Positions 12,718 through 25,700 of a stretch of DNA of 64,000 bases are shown here, piece after piece (the stretch's first letter is position 1; every line of letters begins with the position of its first letter). The notes under the pieces were generated by a model. The model was not told the DNA's origin. It saw only the letters and a list, made by a program, of their open reading frames with translations, and did not search any database. Source of the DNA: Macrostomum hystrix (Eukaryota > Animalia > Platyhelminthes); assembly GCA_950097015.1 (NCBI GenBank), contig CATNEN010000008.1, positions 62,001 through 126,000 on the forward strand, in the 5' to 3' direction. A program made the position numbers and the translations under genes.

Positions 12718-15700
12718 ATGTATGAATCAAATCATTCCAGGTAAGTTTGCTTTAACTGTTTCTGACACAATACTCTGATTTAATATTCCGTTACATATGT
12801 TATTGAAGTTCTCAAGTCCTCTTCCTGCCAATTCAGATAATTTATTGTTTTGAACATCTAGCATACATACATACAGACTGTCCCATACACTGATAACTTT
12901 ATCTGCTTATGCCTTTACAAAAAAACGAAAAAATACGAAATTGATTAAAAGAAGCAGTTTTTATATCTGTGTTATTCTCCAAAGTGCATCAGAATTGCCT
13001 ATCTGTCCAGTGTACATGCGAGGTTCAGTGGCTAGTTGTCTCTACACAAGTTCTATATGCAGAGCTCTATGAATTACCTACGCCTAACTTCTGGAATGTA
13101 AAATGAATAGTTAATTAACTCGCCATGTGCCATATTTTGGGAACATTTAACTGGCTTAGTATTAGCATAGTAATCAGTTTGAGACCTAATATATAATACT
13201 TATATACTGCTTATTAAATAGCAATGGATAAAACATGAGGTCAAGACTAACTCTACTAGATCTCTAGCCAGTAAGGTAGAGATTCCGTGGCCAAACGGTC
13301 GTTTTTTTCTGATCAGGGTTTAGAATGTTAGTTATTTCGCCTTATACCAAGTGCCCGCGGTCAGATTTAGTATTAGTACATGTTTTATTATTCATTGCGG
13401 TAGAAATCTCCAAACGCCTGTCCAAACTAAGAAGACTGTACTGGCCAAAACAAATTAGCAATGCACTGGCGAGGATCACGTGTGTTCCAATGCCACTTAC
13501 CTGGCTGACAATGTCACAATAACATTTTATAACCAGTTAAATCTGACTGAATTAGTTTCTATAGCCCGTCGTTCAGTACTTAAAATCACGTGCGCTAAAT
13601 GTCGATTGTACATTATCCTCACGCAGCGAATCCTCATTGCTTCAGATCCTCACACTGGGAATTCAAATTATCCCAGATCCTCACACTGGGAATATAAATT
13701 ATCCCAAATCCTCAATCTGTGAATCCATATTATCCCAGATCCTCACACTGGGAATATAAATTATCCCAAATCCTCAATCTGTGAATCCATATTATCCCAG
13801 ATCCTCACACTGGGAATCCACATTATCCCAGATCCTCACACTGGGAATCCATATTATCCTAGATCCTCACACTGGGAATCCACATTATCCCAGATCCTCA
13901 CACTGGGAATCCATATTATCCTAGATCCTCACACTGGGAATCCACATTATCCCAGATCCTCACACTGGGAATTCAAATTATCCCAGATCCTCACACTGGG
14001 AATATAAATTATCCCAGATCCTCACACTGGGAATCCACATTATCCCAGATCCTCACACTGGGAATCCACATTATCCCAGATCCTCACACTGGGAATCCAC
14101 ATTATCCCAGATCCTCAATCTGTGAATCCATATTATCCCAGATCCTCACACTGGGAATTCAAATTATCCCAGATCCTCACACTGGGAATATAAATTATCC
14201 CAGATCCTCAATCTGTGAATCCATATTATCCCAGATCCTCACACTGGGAATATAAATTATCCCAGATCCTCACACTGGGAATATAAATTATCCCAGATCC
14301 TCACACTGGGAATATAAATTATCCCAGATCCTCACACTGGGAATCCACATTATCCCAGATCCTCACACTGGGAATTCAAATTATCCCAGATCCTCACACT
14401 GGGAATTCAAATTATCCCAGATCCTCACACTGGGAATATAAATTATCCCAGATCCTCAATCTGTGAATCCATATTATCCCAGATCCTCACACTGGGAATC
14501 CACATTATCCCAGATCCTCACACTGGGAATATAAATTATCCCAGATCCTCAATCTGTGAATCCATATTATCCCAGATCCTCACACTGGGAATCCACATTA
14601 TCCCAGATCCTCACACTGGGAATTCATATTATCCCAGATCCTCACACTGGGAATCCACATTATCCCAGATCCTCACACTGGGAATTCATATTATCCCAGA
14701 TCCTCACACTGGGAATTCATATTATCCCAGATCCTCAATCTGTGAATCCATATTATCCCAGATCCTCACACTGGGAATCCACATTATCCCAGATCCTCAC
14801 ACTGGGAATCCACATTATCCCAGATCCTCACACTGGGAATCCATCCAGTTTAGATTCAAACACTGGCAATCTACACTTAGGCATACATTTTAGTTCACAA
14901 TCAATAGATCCAACAATAAGTTTGAGTATAGTTCTTGCTTTATTCTCTAGTTACCTGTGTATGTTATGAATATAAACATGCCAGGCTTGAGATCGCATAG
15001 ACACCGTGAGTATCGAACCAGTAAGGCACGCTTCTGGTTAGAAGTACAATAACTACGCTTTATAGTTTAGGCGTGGTCGCTCTAGACTAGCTAGACATGG
15101 GCGGCTCAAATTTAGACAGATTAATAAAATAATAGCACACACCCATTTCAAGCTGATAACTAGTGATTACTGCGTTATTTCCTATTTGGCAATATGATCT
15201 TTTGATTTCTATGAAACCAATTCTTACTTCAGCTATCAGTATCGAGATGGCAACGGAAGTCACTCGATGCACCAACAGCAGCAACAGACAGAGCAAAGGA
15301 AAACTGTTTATCAGGTTGGTGACAAATGTATTATTTTTCACTTAGTAAGCATTCCCTCACTCACTCTCATTGGCTATAAGCTGTACGCTTATCCGCTTTA
15401 TTTTTGGGGGTCAGGCGAGATCCAAATGTACATTTAACAACTTCCTGCCCGGCTAGGGCGTAAATGTACAATCAGTGTACATTCGGTGAGCTATTTTTAG
15501 AAACAATCGATTTTTACTCCCGCAGTACACCACTAAGAGTTACACGCTAGAAAGTGAGCCAGTAGAAATCTCATCACACTCCGGCGGCAATGGCTACGGC
15601 TACGTCGACGGCTACGGCTACGGCGATAATGACGGCAATGGCTATGCGGCAAACGCCTACGCGAATGGCTACGCCGACGACGATGTTGACGAAGCCCATC

Positions 15701-18700
15701 GGAATTCTGAAGGTGTTGGCTACAGTGTAGACACCAGAGTTGTGACTGTTGGAGGCGGCTACGACAGAGATGCTGCCGAACTCAGCCCCGGGTGAGCATA
15801 TAAATGCATAATAATTACTTATAGATGCAGCTAATTCAAATCCCAGAAACCGACCATATGAACAGCAATCGTGCCTGCAGTGCAAAAGTCAATAACGATC
15901 CCCTGCACAATCAACTGCGCTCATTGCTATTGAAGTTGACTTACTAAAAGCAGGCCAGGCACGCGGGATATTCAAGCTTCTATAGAAATTTATAAGAGAC
16001 CAAAAAATTGCCTTCCGGCTGTGCGCCTATGAGCAGTATTGAGTAGATCTGCACTTTGAGAACTGTGCGCCGGGTGGCAGCTAGGCGGAACCTAAACCTC
16101 TCTACCACTGTCTCCCCCCTTCCCCACTACTCTCTAGCGGGATAGGGGCAAGGCGAACAACAACTATCTGTCCTCTCTGACTCAGTGGTGAGCTGCGCCG
16201 CTAAAGTAGGATATTGTTGAATAATAAGGTCTGGTTAGTATTCCGAAACTCCCCAGTCCCTTTAGTATGCTCATAGCGTGTGCTCAAACATTTTTCAATG
16301 CCGTAAGTCTTAGGAAGCGGCGGTGTCTCTTTTGACGGATGTGGGCGTCTGAGCTTTGATAATGAGATATTTCGCCCATTTTGTCACACCGTGTTCGTTA
16401 TAGAGAGTAAGCACTTGCTCTTAACTGGTGCTCATTAGAAAGCTCCGTTCGGATTTCTTAAAATAGAAACACAAAATTTGTTGTCTCCGGGCTGTGCTCA
16501 ACATTGACACGTTACCAATTAGAATGATGAACAGGTTTTTGCGCCGACCAATTGAATAACTACATGGCGTATTCCTGATCCACCACATATAAAGCAGTGA
16601 TTAGAATGACCTAATCAAATGAGTGACTACAATGATCCAACCAATTATGACTACAATGACTCAAACAGTAATGACATTATTGTAATGACTTGTAATGACT
16701 GTATTAATAATACATTTAATACAGTCAAATTATTCAAATTAATAATACAATTAATTATTGTATTGTAATTACTGTAACCCAACCAGTAATGACTACAATG
16801 ACATAACCAGTAATGACTACAATGACATAACCAGTTATGACTACAATGACATAACCAGTAATGACTACAATGACATAACCAGTAATGACTACAATGACAT
16901 AACCAGTAATGACTACAATGACATAGCCTGTAATGACTACAATGACATGACCAGTAATGACTACAATGACATAACCAGTAATGACTACAATGACATAACC
17001 AGTAATGACTACAATGACATAGCCAGTAATGACTACAATGACATAACCAGTAATGACTACAATGACATAACCAGTAATGACTACAATGACATAGCCAGTA
17101 ATGACTACAATGACATAACCAGTAATGACTACAATGACATAACCAGTAATGACTACAATGACATAACCAGTTATTACTACAATGACATAACCAGTTATGA
17201 CTACAATGACATAACCAGTTATTACTACAATGTCCCAATCAATTATGACTAAAATGACGCAACGAATTATGACTAAAATGTCCCAAACAATTATGACTAC
17301 AATGACCCAATCAATTATGACTACAATGACCCAAACAATTATGACTAAAATGACGCAACGAATTATGACTACAATGACCCAATCAATTATGACTAAAATG
17401 ACCCAAACAATTATGACTAAAATGACGAAACGAATTATGACTAAAATGTCCCAAACAATTATGACTACAATGACCCAAACAATTATGACTACAATGACCC
17501 AAACAATTATGACTACAATGACCCAAACAATTATGACTACAATGACCCAAACAATTATGACTACAATGACACAACCAACTGTGACTACAATGACCCAACC
17601 AATTGTGACTACAATGACCCAAACAATTATGAGTGTGTAATTTTATATTTTATTCGAAATCACGCAGATCCGTCAGCGGCGGCAGTAGGTCCTACCGCAA
17701 CGGCGGGTTGAATTTTGAGCTGAAAGAGCAGCAGAACACAAAGATGCGAAACTACAGCGGTTTCAACGGCAGCGACAACGCCTCAGATGATCCGTATGCT
17801 AATCTTCCGCCGCAGAGGCAGCCGGCTCAACGACTGGTGGACTCAAATCTGAGCCTTAACAGCGGAGCTGTGGCGGCTCCATATTTGAATGGAAATCATC
17901 GCAACTCTGGCATTGAGCGGTATAGCAGCGCTGACTTTAATCAGCAGCAGCAGCAGCAGCAGCACGAGTATGTCAACTACACAGATCCGGATGTCCTGGC
18001 TGTTAGGCAATCGCTTGAATCAGCTAAGATTGTGTCTAGTCGCACCAGCTGTAAGTACTGCTTTATATCTTTTGGTCAGAGAAGGAAGGGCTTCGCGCTT
18101 CACTGATTGGTCAGAGAAGGAAGGGCTTCGCGCTTCACTGATTGGTCAGAGAAGGAAGGGCTTCGTGCTTCACTGATTGGTCAGAGAAGTCCAAGGGCTT
18201 TGTGCTTCACTGATTGGTCAGAGAAGGAAGGGCTTTGCGCTTCACTGATTCGTCAGAGAAGGAAGGGCTTCGCGCTTCACTGATTGGTCAGAGAAGGAAG
18301 GGCTTCATGCTTCACTGATTGGTCAGAGAAGGAAGGCTTTGTGCTTCACTGATTGGTCAGAGAAGGAAGGGCTTTGCGCTTCACTGATTGGTCAGAGAAG
18401 TCCAAGGGCTGCGTGCTTCACTGATTGGTCAGAGAAGGAAGGCTTTGTGCTTCACTGATTGGTCAGAGAAGGAAAGGCTTTTTTCCACTTTATTGATCAT
18501 TAGAAGATGATAAGATAAGATTTTAGGATAAACAAAATTGTTTCTATCTACGACGTATGTTTTCTTCAGCCTTCGGTCGTGACCTCGGCGTTAGCGGCGG
18601 CGTCGGTTACGTCGGCAGCGTCGGCAGCTTGTACGGCAGTCGTCAGCAAATCATCGCCTACGATGCCGAGCCGGATACCGTCAGCCAGGGCTTCGGCAAC

Positions 18701-21700
18701 GCGGCCTACAACGGCGGCAATGATCCAGACGAGGACGCCGGCAATTTCTATCCTATCAGCGCGTCGGCGGCTGCGGCTGCGTCTAGATCGTCGGGTCAGC
18801 GTTACGAGGGTCATTATCAATCGCACCTGTCCATTGGTGAGAAGTCTTTGTTTTGGAATTCAGTTTTTGTTTCAATGTATTATCATTTAAATCCTTGTTC
18901 AGAGATTCGCACTTCTAAACGAGAGGTCGGGAGTTCGATTCTTAGCCCTCGTCGGAGAAAAACTGCGTCCTTTAGCAAGACAATGGCTGTGACTGTGGTG
19001 CCAAGATTTCCATCTATTGGATATCTAAAATCTTTATTTTTTACTTCCTTAACAGAAGAAAAAAATAGCTTATTCAAGTATTTAGGATCAAAAACACTTT
19101 TTTCAAGGCACACACAAGGTCAAAGTTCACCTACACTGACAGTTTGACGCACTTTTATTATACACTGAATAATACTACGAGTACTATAATCCAGTTGGCA
19201 GTTGGTAGAGTTCTCGAGAGTATGAAATGATCTCAGCTGTACACAAAACATGGCTATATACAGGATATATTTTCATTCATTCGTGACAATGGGCATTCGG
19301 GACAATGGTTGTCAGCTTCGATTTTACGCATTTTCGTTTCGCGCGTCGCCTGCTTGGGATGGTTAGCCAGGCCCAGCATTTATTGCTTTGAATATTGACT
19401 CTTTGTTTGTTGCCATAGCAACGCCGAGGCAGTCCCAGGCTGACAACTGCTCTGGCAGCCTGTTGAAGTACTTCGCCGACGCCCTGCCTTGTACTGGCTG
19501 AGCATTCGACGTAAGCTGTCGCACCAATCGCTTCGGCTAGAGCTTGGCCTTGTAATGACGTCACCATTGATGTGTGAGTTTGCGATGACGTCATCGTTGA
19601 TGTTGACGGCGCAGATCTCTTCAGCGATGTAAATCCCAGAGACGATTTTATCTGCTTCGACCTTCTCAGTGAAGAAGTCGTCGCTGCTGACGCGGCAGGA
19701 AATGACGACGAAGTCTCCATGATTGATGACGTCATTATAGTTGATGACGTCATGGCTGAGTCGCGCAATTCCAGCTTTGTGCCGACTAGAATTATCGCCG
19801 CGCCGGGGCAATGCTGCCGCAGCTCCGGGCGCCATTTGTCAAGGACGCGGCGCCAGCCAGTCGGGCTGGCCAATGAGAAACAGACGAGGAATAAGTCGGT
19901 CTCCGGGTAGATGAGCGCTAAGAGTTGGTCGTAGTTCTCGATGCCTGTGGTGTCCCAAATGCTGAGCTTAATCTGAGACAATTTTAAAATCGCACGACAT
20001 TTAACATCACTGTTATAAACATGGATAACTACAAGAAACCTGCAACTAAACTCCTAACTCTGAATTTCTGCATCTAAACTCCGAACTCTAAACTGCGAAT
20101 TCTAAACTCCGAACTCTAAACACCGAATTCTAAACTCCGAACTCTAAACACCGAATTCTAAACTCCGAATTCTAAACTCCGAACTCTAAACTGCGAATTC
20201 TAAACTCCGAACTCTAAACTCCGAATTCTAAACTCCGAACTCTAAACACCGAATTCTAAACTCCGAATTCTAAACTCCGAACTCTAAACTCCGAACTCTT
20301 AACTCCGAATTCTAAACTCCGAACTCTAAACTCCGAATTCTAAACTCCGAATTCTAAACTCCGAATTCTAAACTCCGAATTCCAAACACCGAATTCTAAA
20401 CTCCGAACTCTAAACTGCGAATTCTAAACTCCGAACTCTAAACTGCGAATTCTAAACTCCGAATTCCAAACACCGAATTTTAAACTCCGAACTCTTAACT
20501 CCGAATTCTAAACTCCGAATTCCAAACACCGAATTCTAAAAACCGAATTCTAAAATCCGAACTCTAAACTCCGAATTCTAAACTCCGAATTCTAAACACC
20601 GAATTCTAAACTCCGAACTCTAAACTCCGAACTCTAAACTCCGAATTCTAAACTCCGAACTCTAAACTCCGAATTCTAAACTCCGAACTCTAAACTCCGA
20701 ACTCTAAACTCCGAATTCTAAACACCGAATTCTAAACTCCGAACTCTAAACTCCGAATTAAAAACTCCGAACTCTAAACTGCGAACTCTAAACTCCGAAC
20801 TCTAAACTCCGAATTCTAAACACCGAATTCTAAACTCCGAACTCTAAACTCCGAATTAAAAACTCCGAACTCTAAACTCCGAATTCTAAACTCCGAATTC
20901 CAAACTCCGAATTCTAAACTCCGAATTCCAAACACCGAATTCTAAACTCTGAATTCTAAACTCCGAATTCTAAACTCCGAACTCTAAACTGCGAATTCTA
21001 AACACCGAACTCCCATCTCTAAGTTGCGGTGTCAAAGCTGCTCACCAATCTGTCGCTGTCGGTGGCAACGCTGACTGTGCAATTGTCAAACACTCCCGGA
21101 TTATAGCCTAGCAGAGGGTCGACAGTTTCAGCCGTATTCATTTGAGCCAGTGCAGAGTGTAGCAGTAGGCATTTGTCGGCTTCCAAATCGCCAACAACAA
21201 CACATTTTACTGCTGCCTGGCTTGAAGCGGACAATTCCATAATGCCTGCTGACTTTGCAACTCCTGGTATTAGTGGTATTTATCTATGCTGAAGCATTTT
21301 ACCAGCACGCGTGACATCTATAGTAGGCTGTCTATTTCTGGCGAGGCTGTAGTGATTAAAATCTAAAAATGTAAATGTAAATTGAAATATTGAATTAACA
21401 AGTCCGAGTGTCACAAGGTCATATTTAGCAATTAGTTTTGGCATCTCTTAGAACTACTAAATAAATCTAGTTACTGTACGCATGACGAGTGGTTTTGGTT
21501 CTGAAATTTTACTGGATTTTCGATTTCTTAATTTGGCTACAAACTCATAATTTAGTCTACTTCCGTGTTTCGCGAAAATACCGTGTATAAAAATAGTGAA
21601 TGTTTTATCTAAGAATATGAGTATCTATATCTATAAATGTCTGACAGGACTATCTGTTAATATCTGACAGGACTATCTGTAGATATCTGACAGGACTATC

Positions 21701-22619
21701 TGTGGATATCTGACAGGACTATCTGTGGATATCTGACAGGACTATCTGTAGATATCTGACAGGACTATCTGTAGATATCTGACAGGACTATCTGTAGATA
21801 TCTGACAGGACTATCTGTAGATATCTGACAGGACTATCTGTAGATATCTGACAGGACTATCTGTAGATATCTGACAGGACTATCTGTAGATATCTGACAG
21901 GACTATCTGTAGATATCTGACAGGACTATCTGTAGATATCTGACAGGACTATCTGTCGATATCTGACAGGACTACCTGTAGTAGTCTCGTACTTATCTAT
22001 AAGCTTGTACGGATTTTTGGTAGGGCCATCTACTGTTCGTCTGTAGATGTATGTTAGACTGTCTATAGATGCTCGGGGCTAACTGTATATGAATGTCAAA
22101 ATAGAAAGCCAATACTTATGAGGATGGTGGGCTATTATCAAGTGAAGTCCCTTGACGTATTCATGACGTATTTCATATAGAACTAGGAGATTTTAGCCTT
22201 TTGGTTAGAGCGTCGGACTCACGACTTGAAGGTCAGGGGTTCGATTCCCGACTCCGATTGAACAGATTGTGTCCTTTAGTAAGACACTTAACTCTGCATT
22301 GCTTCAGTTCACCCAGCTGTTAAATGGGTACCAGCATCAGCTGGGTAAACTGAGGGTGGGTGTGGCGTCCCCCCAGTCCATGGACTGAACAGCCGTACGC
22401 AGCCTTCAGATGCGCCGCGCAATAGCTGGGGCTGTGCTGTCGGCTGCACACCTGGCTGATGCTGCACACCCAATCGGGGCAGATGTAATCAATTATTATT
22501 ATCTAGGCTCAATATTTCATAATGTTAATCTGAATTTTCGCAGGCTCCGCCGCAGCTCGCGACACTGCTTCCCCTCATCAGATGAAGAGCGCCAGCCTCT
22601 CCCAGGTGAATTTACATCT

Positions 22620-22658
<39 letters not shown>

Positions 22659-22722
22659 GTTATTTACAGCCGAGAGCTCCGCGATGGTTAGGGCTACCAC
22701 AACCAGCACCACAACTACAATT

Positions 22723-22760
<38 letters not shown>

Positions 22761-25700
22761 GCAGCAGGTGGTGGTTGTTGACGAACCAGGCGCCAATTAT
22801 CGCAATCCCGAACTGCCGGATCTCATCGAATATTTGCACAACGGCTCGGAGACTACCAAGTGTCACGCTGCGGCCTACCTGCAGCATCTCAGCTTTTGCG
22901 AGGAAGCTGTTAAGTCCAAAGTTCGAGCCGCCGGTGGTATTCCACTGCTGGTTCGACTGTTGTCGGAAGCTAGCAGCTCGGAGCTTCAACGAAATGTTCT
23001 TGGCGCACTGCGCAACCTCAGCTACGGCCAGCGACAGGAGGAGAATAAGAGGGAGATGTGCCAGGCTGGGGTGCTAGCCGAGGCTAGGAAATTGCTAGAG
23101 ATCTCAGCTGATCAGGATGTCAAGTAAGCTTGTGATTGGCTGCCTGTTCTATTAGGAGTTCTGTCCGTTTGTGATTGGCTGCCTGTTCTATTAGGAATGT
23201 TATCCGTTTGTGATTGGCTGCCTGTTCTATTAGGAATGTTATCCGTTTGTGATTGGCTGCCTGTTCTATTAGGAATGTTATCCGTTTGTGATTGGCTGCC
23301 TGTTCTATTAGGAATGTTATCCGTTTGTGATTGGCTGCCTGTTCTATTAGGAATGTTATCCGTTTGTGATTGGCTGCCTTTTCTATTAGGAATGTTATCC
23401 GTTTGTGATTGGCTGCCTTTTCTATTAGGAGTGTTATCAGTTTATGATTGGCTGCCTGTTCTATTAGAAGCGGTTATCAGTTTGTGATTGGCTGCCTGTT
23501 CTATTAGAAGCGGTTATCAGTTTGTGATTGGCTGCCTGTTCTATTAGAAGCGGTTATCAGTTTGTGATTGGCTGCCTGTTCTATTAGAAGCGGTTATCAG
23601 TTTGTGATTGGCTGCCTGTTCTATTAGGAGTGCTGTCCGTTTGTAATTGGCTGCCAGTTTGATAAGGATGCTGACCAATCGTATCATATTCTACGCTTTC
23701 TCATCCAATCAGGGAGCTGGCCACCGCAGTCATGTGGAACATCAGCGTCAGCTCCACCCTGAAGAAGGACGTGCTGGACACCTGCCTGGACACTCTCGTC
23801 CAGCGGGTCCTGCTGCCGCACGCTGGCCTGGAGCGTCGCGGAGACGTGTACACCAACGTGCAGCGCGAGATCTATTGGACAGTGCTGTTTCGCAATGCCA
23901 CCGGTGTTGTGCGCAGCGTCAGCTCGTGCGGCGACTACGCCAGGCGGCGGCTGCGCTCGGCCGACGGTCTGGTTGAAAGCCTTCGCCAGATCATTCAATG
24001 CGCCGTAGATAACAGCGATCTGGACGGCAAGGCTGTGGAGAACTGTGTCTGCACGGTGCGCAATTTGGTCTACGCCTGCCAGGAGGTCGAGGATCCGGCC
24101 TACTTGCGGCGACACGCGGCCAGGCCTGCTGGCAGAGCTGGCAGCGGCGGCGGCACGGGTGCCGGATGCTTCGGGCGTGGATCGTCTAGAGGCGCCAGCC
24201 TTACCAACCCATCGGCTCCACCTATTATTCAGCGCAGGTTAAATGGTGCGAAATACAATTTTTATATGAAGTCCTGTTCGATATTCAATCCGCTTTGATC
24301 TCAAATCCCATTCTATTTTAAATTCTAATCGTTCTCAAATCCCATTCGATCCCAAATCCCATTCGATCCCAAATCCCATTCGATCCCAAATCCCATTCGA
24401 TCTCAAATCCCATTCGATCTCAAATCCCATTTGATCTCAAATCCTAATCGATCTCAAACCCCATTCGATATTAAATTCCATTCGATTTACAATCCCATTC
24501 GATTTACAATCCCATTCGATCTCAAATCCCATTCGATCTCGAATCCCATTCGATCTCAAACGCCTTTTGATCTTAAATCCCATTCGATCTCAAACCCCAT
24601 TTGATCTCAAATCCTATTCGATCTTAAATCCCATTTGATCTCAAATCCCATTCGATCTCAAATCCCATTCGATCTCAAATCCCATTCGATCTCAAATCCC
24701 ATTCGATCTCAAATCCCATTCGATCTTGAATCCCATTCGATCTTGAATCCCATTCGATCTCGAATCCCATTCGATCTCAAACCCCTTTTGATCTTAAACC
24801 CCATTTGATCTCAAATCCTATTCGATCTTAAATCCCATTTGATCTCAAATCCTAATCGATCTCAAATCCCATTCGATCTCAAATCCCATTCGATCTCAAA
24901 TCCCATTCGATCTCGAATCCCATTCGATCTCAAACGCCTTTTGATCTTAAATCCCATTTGATCTCAAATCCCATTCGATCTCAAATCCCATTCGATCTCA
25001 AATCCCATTCGATCTCAAATCCTATTCGATCTCAAATCCCATTCGATCTTGAATCCCATTCGATCTTGAATCCCATTCGATCTCGAATCCCATTCGATCT
25101 CAAACCCCTTTTGATCTTAAACCCCATTTGATCTCAAATCCTAATCGATCTCAAATCCCATTCGATCTCAAATCCCATTCGATCTCAAATCCCATTCGAT
25201 CTCAAATCCCATTCGATCTCAAATCCCATTCGATCTCAAACCCCTTTTGATCTTAGACCCCATTTGATCTCAATTCCTAATCGATCTCAAATCCCATTCG
25301 ATTTCAAATCCCATTCGATCTCAAATCCCATTCGATCTCAAATCCCATTCGATCTCAAATCCCATTCGATCTCAAATCCCATTCGATCTCAAATCCCATT
25401 CGATCTCAAATCCCATTCGATCTCAAATCCCATTCGATCTCAAATCCCATTCGATCTCAAATCCCATTCGATCTCAAATCCCATTCGATCTCAAATCCCA
25501 TTCGATCTCAAATCCCATTCGATCTCAAATCCCATTCGATCTCAAATCCCATTCGATCTCAAATCCCATTCGATCTCAAATTCTATTCGATCTCAATCAA
25601 ATCTCATTCGATTTAAAATCCCAGTCGATCAAATTATCCATATTTAAAAGTTTCCTAAGCAATGCCCACCGGTACAACAATCTAGAAGAATTCTCTGATC

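Noticed and set aside
13645-14845. CRISPR-like appearance of 28-39 bp repeats
   Set aside because: Units are head-to-tail with no unique spacers, there are no cas genes, and the context is eukaryotic introns.
22193-22260. tRNA-like sequences at 9750-9820, 22193-22260, 27390-27459, 32240-32308, 33380-33448, 49840-49912 and 58360-58420
   Set aside because: No complete cloverleaf or paired acceptor stem could be built, and each continues into a shared repeat body. They are SINE heads, not tRNA genes.
23124-23712. TGATTGG near the intron start and CCAATCA at the intron end, suggesting a TIR/introner-like intron
   Set aside because: Only a 7-bp match, with one side supplied by the tandem array. 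There is no exonic target duplication.
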